Part shown: positions 54,232 through 59,117 of the stretch, one piece after another
Position numbering within the stretch: position 1 is the stretch's first letter
Layout of the letters: every line of letters begins with the position of its first letter
Source: a virus
Taxonomy: Duplodnaviria; Caudoviricetes
Virus record (IMG/VR): IMGVR_UViG_3300025530_000011
Span: 1 to 59,117 of that record
Reading direction: 5' to 3' (one strand)
Length of the DNA stretch: 59,117 bases
Made by a program: the position numbers and the translations under genes
The notes under the pieces: generated by a model
Seen by the model: the letters and a program-made list of their open reading frames with translations, nothing else
Database searches by the model: none
What the model was told of the DNA's origin: nothing

Positions 54232-54801
54232 TTGAAACTGAAGCTAACACTTCCATTACCAACATCCATAAACAGATTATACATAAATCAAGCAACATGG
54301 AATCCTAAAACAAGAACAAGAATGCTTACCGGAAAACGAATCCTAAGCAAAGAAGGTGAAAAAACAAAAGAACAAATCATTCAGAAAGCCAAACACCAAA
54401 TGGAAAAATCTGATTGGTCATATGATTACACAAAAGAAAATTATATTTATATGGATACAGTTATCTTTTTCCGTAAGAAAGGTTCTGATGACAACAACAT
54501 ATATAAACTACTTTGTGATGCTTTAGAAAAGGTGGTTTATGAGAACGATAGCCGAGTATTAATTAGAACACAAAAAATTCTTTATGATTCAGAGAATCCG
54601 AGAGTAGAAGTAACTTTCTCTCCTGTTGAATACATAGGGATATTTGATAATCAAGAAATATTAGACCAGTTTGAAGCAAAATGTAAGACATGTAAACGAT
54701 ACAAAAACAATTGCTCTATATTGAGAAAGGCAAAAGAAGGAAGAATTCAAGAAGAAATAAATTCTGACTTGAATTGCATAAAGTACACAAAAATAAAATA
54801 A
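54232..54801 (+). CDS. rusA: RusA-family Holliday junction resolvase
   Basis: LPTSIN, DDNNIYKLLCDAL, YENDS, NPRVEV. Confidence 0.8.
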   Translation: MKLKLTLPLPTSINRLYINQATWNPKTRTRMLTGKRILSKEGEKTKEQIIQKAKHQMEKSDWSYDYTKENYIYMDTVIFFRKKGSDDNNIYKLLCDALEKVVYENDSRVLIRTQKILYDSENPRVEVTFSPVEYIGIFDNQEILDQFEAKCKTCKRYKNNCSILRKAKEGRIQEEINSDLNCIKYTKIK

Positions 54802-54843
54802 ATACATATTCATAAATACATTAAACATTCATTAAGTTATAGG

Positions 54844-54870
54844 ACAAGTTAATCAAATCATACATAATAT
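54844..54870 (+). promoter_or_regulatory. putative mother-cell sigma-K/sigma-E promoter
   Basis: ACA-16-CATAATAT with overlapping CATACAT, upstream of a small ORF. Confidence 0.45.
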
Positions 54871-54882
54871 TGAGGTGAGAGG

Positions 54883-55041
54883 ATGACAAAAGACCGTACT
54901 GTAAAAAAATTTAAATGGAAGAATTATAATATTACAGCTATTTTTAATGGGAATTTTAATGTAGATCGATTAGCGAAATCAATTATTGAAACTGTAGATG
55001 AGTTTGAAGCAAAAAAGAATCTCAAAAGAAGGCCTTCCTAA
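54883..55041 (+). CDS. 52-aa protein, candidate recombination directionality factor
   Basis: GAGGTG RBS; MTKDRTVKKF...; directly upstream of the serine integrase. Function inferred from position only. Confidence 0.5.
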   Translation: MTKDRTVKKFKWKNYNITAIFNGNFNVDRLAKSIIETVDEFEAKKNLKRRPS

Positions 55042-55058
55042 TATGGCTTTCTTTTTTT
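55025..55058 (+). terminator. probable intrinsic terminator
   Basis: AAGAAGGCC/GGCTTTCTT stem plus T run. Confidence 0.55.
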
Positions 55059-55101
55059 ATAATAAAATGTATACAAGTTTTACTTGAGGAGATGTCATGT
55101 A

Positions 55102-56628
55102 ATGGATACAAAAGGAAAAATCGAACAAATTAAAGACGTTGCCATTCTCCTAAGAAAAAGTCGTGGAGAAGAAGAAGACTTAGACAAACATAAACAAGAA
55201 TTGGTTGAATTATGTGTCCAAAATGGGTGGAGATATGTTATTTACAAAGAATTAGGAACTTCACAAGATATAAAATATAGACCAGAACTTCAAAAACTTC
55301 TTAGCGATATCCAAGAAGATTTATATGATGCAGTTGTCGTAGTGGACAAAGACCGTTTAAGTCGTGAAGGAACTGGTCAGGTGACTATAAATAAGATATT
55401 AATGGAACATGATGTTTTAATTGTTACTCCATATAAAGTTTATGATTTATCAAACGATAGTGATATGTTAATGTCAGAAGTAGAAGATTTAATGGCTAGG
55501 TTTGAATATAGAATGATTTCTAAACGCTTCAAAAGAGGGAAAAAACGAGGTGCAAAAATGGGGAATTGGGTTAATGGAACCCCACCATTTCCATATGTCT
55601 ATGTTCCTGAGACAAAGAGTTTAGCAGTAGATCCAGAAAAAAAGAAATGGTATCGATTCATGGTAGAACAATTTCTTGAGGGTAAGCCTTTTTACGAAAT
55701 TGCTTGGGAATTAAATAAAATGGGGGTAAAAACTCAAAGAGGAAACCTATGGCATGAAAATTCAATTAGACGACTTCTTTTGTCAGAAGTACATTTAGGT
55801 AAAATAATAAATCAAAAAACAGAAGGTTCTGGTCATAAAAATAAAAAAACAAAGCCTTTAAGAATAAGACCTAGAAGTGAATGGATAATCGTTGAAAATT
55901 GTCATGAAGCAGTAAAAACTCAAGAAGAACACGATATTATTATTGCTACGTTGGCAGCAAGAAGAAAGGTTCCTAAAACTTCCAAACAAATCAAACTTCC
56001 ACTTACGGGTTTAGTTAGATGTGGAAAATGTAAAAAAACTATGCGAGTTTATCGAAGAAAATTAGTAAACGGGTATTCATTTAAAATTAACACATGCCAA
56101 GCGTCTGACCCATTCGGCAATAGATGTAAAAACAGTGGTGGTGATGCGATGGCAATATTATCGACAATAACACAAGAAGCAAAAACAATGGTAGACGAGT
56201 TAGAACAAAAAGCGAAAAATTCTAAATCAATGGATAAAGAAATCCAACATTATAAATTAAAAAAGAATTCTGCATTAAATGAAATTGATAAAAAGAAAGA
56301 AAGTATAGAAAGAGCATATCTAGCTTATGAAGAAGGAGTTATTTCATTAGAAAAGTACAAACAAAGAACAGCCACATTAAAAAAAGAAATTTCAAAATTA
56401 GAGGAAAAAATTAAGTCATACGATATTTTAATCGAGAAATCATCAAATCAAGACAAAGAAGAAAAAATAAATAGGTATATGGAAATGATTGAGCTTATAG
56501 AAAAATTTGATAACATTGAAGATGATGAAACAAATCAAAAACTGAATAAAATCCTAAAAGACAATATTTTCGACATTTATTGGACAAGAGAAGGAGATAA
56601 TGTAACCATTGAGGTAAACTTTATTTAA
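55102..56628 (+). CDS. large serine recombinase (prophage integrase, SprA-like)
   Basis: LRKS catalytic Ser, RPELQKLL, DRLSR, PPFPY, LTGLVRCGKC zinc ribbon, coiled coil. Confidence 0.92.
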   Translation: MDTKGKIEQIKDVAILLRKSRGEEEDLDKHKQELVELCVQNGWRYVIYKELGTSQDIKYRPELQKLLSDIQEDLYDAVVVVDKDRLSREGTGQVTINKILMEHDVLIVTPYKVYDLSNDSDMLMSEVEDLMARFEYRMISKRFKRGKKRGAKMGNWVNGTPPFPYVYVPETKSLAVDPEKKKWYRFMVEQFLEGKPFYEIAWELNKMGVKTQRGNLWHENSIRRLLLSEVHLGKIINQKTEGSGHKNKKTKPLRIRPRSEWIIVENCHEAVKTQEEHDIIIATLAARRKVPKTSKQIKLPLTGLVRCGKCKKTMRVYRRKLVNGYSFKINTCQASDPFGNRCKNSGGDAMAILSTITQEAKTMVDELEQKAKNSKSMDKEIQHYKLKKNSALNEIDKKKESIERAYLAYEEGVISLEKYKQRTATLKKEISKLEEKIKSYDILIEKSSNQDKEEKINRYMEMIELIEKFDNIEDDETNQKLNKILKDNIFDIYWTREGDNVTIEVNFI

Positions 56629-56643
56629 AAGGTGATTTTTTGA

Positions 56644-56698
56644 AAAAAACGAAATGACATTTCCTTTTAACAAAAGAGGAGATGTCATTTCGTTTTTT
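56644..56698. terminator. bidirectional terminator between integrase and mrr
   Basis: AAAAAACGAAATGACATTTCCT ... AGGAGATGTCATTTCGTTTTTT inverted repeat between convergent genes. Confidence 0.8.
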
Positions 56699-57911
56699 AT
56701 TCATTTATCTCAAAATAATCCGTGTCAATTTTTTTAACTATGTATTTCCTGTCCACGGAGACACCAACATTGTGTTCAAGCATATATTTTCCGAGTTGTT
56801 CTCCGTCAATTAAAACAATCTTTTTTTCAATATTTTTAACAAAGTCCCTAGCTTCTTTTGTAAATCGTGAAGTAGTTATGAAAACTCCTTTTCTAGCTTT
56901 TTTGCCTTCAAGACTTCCAGTAAAGGCTTGAACTTCTGGTCTACCTACTGTATTTTTCCATCTTTTTGCTTGTACATAAATAATATCTAATCCTAGTTTA
57001 TCTTCTTTAATTATTGCATCTACACCTTCATCTTTAGTAAAATCTGTAGTTTGACCAGAGCCTAAAGAACCCCCATAGCCCATTGCTAGCAACAAATCCA
57101 AAACAACTTCCTCAAATTTTTTTGGACTTAATTTCTTCACTTTATCTAAAATTTCTAATGCCAACAAGTTATTTATTCTTTTAAACTGGTCATCTATTAT
57201 TTCTATTGGCGTACTTTCATTTTCATTGTTTTCGTCATTATCTTCAAAAATTTCAGTTCCTATATCTTCTTCATTTCCTTCATCGCTGAACTGTTCTTTT
57301 AAAAATCTACTAATTAGCGACATACTAGCACCATAAGGAAAATGATTATAAACTTTTAATCCTAAATCTGTAATGCGATATTTATTCGATTCTAATTGTT
57401 CTACTAATCCTGCTACTTGCAATTCACGTCTAGCGTAACGCGCTCTAATTTTAAATTTAGAGTCACCATTATTTAAAATAATATCTCGTTCTTGCCCCTC
57501 TATTGAAAAATAATCTGCCAATGCTTCATTTATTTCAGAAACATGATGGATCTTACCATCACTCAAAACTTTTAAATATGGTATGGTCATCATCCGAGGT
57601 GTGGGAGATTTACTTAATCTTTGTTTGAAATTTTCTTTGAGTTGATTTCCAAGTTTAACATCAATTTCTTTGTCGGTTAAAGGCGTATTGTTTTTTTGTA
57701 AAAAACTTATAATTTCATTTTTATAAAAATTTCTTTTTCTTAATCTTTTAATGTAATGAATAAACTGAACTGAATCATCTGTATAATAAATAGTCCCATC
57801 AGCATCTCTTTTTGAAGGAATAAATTCATTATAAAGTCTTATCCAATCATGCACTGTTGTTCTTGGATACCCACATTTATCTGCTAATTCCGTAATAGTG
57901 TACCTTTCCAA
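56697..57911 (-). CDS. mrr: Mrr-family (type IV) restriction endonuclease with N-terminal MerR-like HTH
   Basis: FEEVVLDLLLAMGY, DEGVDAI, YVQAKRW, GVFITTS, VLIDG; AAGGAGG RBS on the minus strand. Confidence 0.88.
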   Translation of the reverse strand: MERYTITELADKCGYPRTTVHDWIRLYNEFIPSKRDADGTIYYTDDSVQFIHYIKRLRKRNFYKNEIISFLQKNNTPLTDKEIDVKLGNQLKENFKQRLSKSPTPRMMTIPYLKVLSDGKIHHVSEINEALADYFSIEGQERDIILNNGDSKFKIRARYARRELQVAGLVEQLESNKYRITDLGLKVYNHFPYGASMSLISRFLKEQFSDEGNEEDIGTEIFEDNDENNENESTPIEIIDDQFKRINNLLALEILDKVKKLSPKKFEEVVLDLLLAMGYGGSLGSGQTTDFTKDEGVDAIIKEDKLGLDIIYVQAKRWKNTVGRPEVQAFTGSLEGKKARKGVFITTSRFTKEARDFVKNIEKKIVLIDGEQLGKYMLEHNVGVSVDRKYIVKKIDTDYFEINE

Positions 57912-58145
57912 ATTTTTGTTTCCTCCTTACCAATTTCTTTATATAATTTTACAATAAGTCAATTTTTTATCAAGGAAAATAGAACGCAATGGGTTGTACA
58001 CATACTTGAATACTAAGAGGTATTTAATGGTAAAATGATAATAAACAATACCTTTCCTAGCTAATACTTTTATACGGTTATATGGACAACCGTTTAAGCG
58101 AATATGGGAGGGTGTTCTAATTTTTATAAAAAGGAAGTGTTAAAA

Positions 58146-58328
58146 ATGAAGGAATACTTAACACAAGATCGTTTTTCAAAAGAATATAATTGGCTAATAA
58201 AATCAAAATCGCCATATTTGCTACAACATGCAACAAACCCAGTAAATTGGTTGGAATGGTCGCCAGAAGCATTCCAAAAAGCAAAAAGGGAAGGTAAGGC
58301 TGTATTTGTGTCCATTGGCTATTCCTAG
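58146..58328 (+). CDS. phage-borne replacement N-terminus (60 aa) of YyaL-like thioredoxin-domain protein
   Basis: [24 protein letters not shown]...[22 protein letters not shown]; AT-rich codons; AAGGAAGTG RBS. Confidence 0.85.
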   Translation: MKEYLTQDRFSKEYNWLIKSKSPYLLQHATNPVNWLEWSPEAFQKAKREGKAVFVSIGYS

Positions 58329-58344
58329 CCTTCGGGCTATGGAA
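58322..58344 (+). promoter_or_regulatory. C(UUCG)G hairpin containing the UAG; T4 gene 60-like bypass signal
   Basis: TTCCTAGCC-TTCG-GGCTA(T)GGAA: 9 bp with one bulge. Confidence 0.7.
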
Positions 58345-58359
58345 AAATTGAAAAAATAA

Positions 58360-58410
58360 TAAGAATAGGATGTATACAAGATTTACATGTCATTGGTGCC
58401 ATGTAATGGA
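58360..58410. other. probable attR junction (crossover near 58385-58390)
   Basis: Composition switch; host reading frame begins here; 58364-58386 matches 55061-55083 (integrase promoter) at 20/23. Confidence 0.65.
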
Positions 58411-59117
58411 GAGGGAGTCGTTTGAGGATCCTGAAGTGGCGGAGTTGTTAAATCAATATTTTGTGGCAATTAAGGTGGATCGGGAGGAGCGGCCGGATAT
58501 TGATTCGGTTTATATGACCGTGTGCCAGCTGATGACCGGTCAGGGCGGATGGCCGTTGACGGTGTTTTTGACTCCGGACAAAAAGCCGTTTTATGCCGGC
58601 ACCTATTTTCCAAAAAACAGTCAGTATGGCCGGCCGGGACTGATGGACATTTTGCCGCAATTGCATCAAGCGTATCATCAAGATCCGGAGAGAATCGCTG
58701 ATATAGGTAGCCGATTAGTGGAAGCATTGAAAGAAGAGGCGGGCCGAAAGAGCGAGGGAGAGGTCACGGAAGAAGCTGTTCATAAAGGGTTTCAGCAGCT
58801 TGCCGGAAAATTCGACAGCCTCTACGGCGGATTTGGAGAAGCGCCGAAATTCCCGAGCCCCCATCAACTCCTGTTTTTGTTCCGATATTACCATATGACC
58901 GGCAAGGAGTCCGCGCTCAAGATGGCGGAAAAAACGCTTGATACGATGGCTGCGGGCGGTATTTACGACCATATCGGCGGTGGGTTTTCACGCTATTCTA
59001 CGGATGGAATGTGGCTGGTTCCCCACTTTGAAAAGATGCTGTATGACAACGCACTGTTGATGTACGCTTATACGGAAGCTTATCAAATCACGAAGAACGA
59101 ACGGTATCGCCGGATCG
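58385..59117 (+). CDS. yyaL: host YyaL-like thioredoxin-domain (DUF255) protein, 3' portion, runs off window
   Basis: [15 protein letters not shown]...[11 protein letters not shown]...GQGGWPLT...APKFP...[29 protein letters not shown]. Confidence 0.9.

Larger units (their letters stand above)
1..58386. mobile_element. SPbeta-like prophage, right arm (left end outside window)
   Basis: Gene order matches SPbeta yorF-yorM-like replication genes, C5 MTase, RNR, ThyA and a serine integrase. DNA is AT-rich and almost all + strand, with an abrupt switch to GC-richer host sequence at about 58390. Confidence 0.92.

Noticed and set aside
55086-56688. 13-bp repeat GAGGAGATGTCAT at the integrase RBS and in its terminator
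   Set aside because: Could allow long-range pairing, but it is short and has no other support.
58326-58384. Intron, or plain terminator, as explanation of the yyaL gap
   Set aside because: 59 nt is too short for a group I/II core and has no P7 motifs. The hairpin is followed by an A-rich rather than U-rich tract on the coding strand.
728-58972. Numerous minus-strand and nested ORFs in the ORF track (e.g. 8322-8645, 33289-33708, 37511-37900, 58448-58972)
   Set aside because: They are shadows of well-supported plus-strand genes, introns or the CRISPR array, with no recognisable motifs.
1-59117. tRNA or rRNA genes
   Set aside because: No cloverleaf or T-loop signatures recognised by eye; tRNAscan-SE would be needed to exclude them fully.

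Overview
This is the right arm of a large AT-rich SPbeta-like Bacillaceae prophage (about 1-58386), joined to GC-richer host DNA. In order it carries: a replication module (SSB-like, AAA ATPase, DnaB, primase, RecJ, DnaE); a long array of small accessory ORFs; four DNA methyltransferase genes; a compact CRISPR-Cas12f1 (type V-F) locus (promoter, tracrRNA, 6-spacer array, cas12f1, no cas1/2); nucleotide-metabolism genes (class I RNR, ThyA, DHFR, dNMP kinase); a two-subunit type II topoisomerase; RusA; a putative RDF with a large serine integrase; and an Mrr-type nuclease. ORF-less group I introns interrupt dnaE and the RNR alpha gene, and recJ and dnaE each have an unexplained frame break at a UAG. 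The most striking feature is the right junction. The phage appears integrated in a yyaL-like gene and supplies its own 60-codon replacement N-terminus, ending exactly at ...SIGYS. A UAG and a 59-nt out-of-frame gap containing the putative att arm follow, then the host frame resumes at TCHWCH. The gap opens with TAGCCTTCGGGCTAT, matching (from memory) the take-off hairpin of T4 gene 60, which suggests ribosomes hop over the attR scar to rebuild the host protein. A second unexplained signal is ATAAAA-N6-TTTTAT repeated at gene boundaries. Family calls come from motif recognition only; no searches were run.
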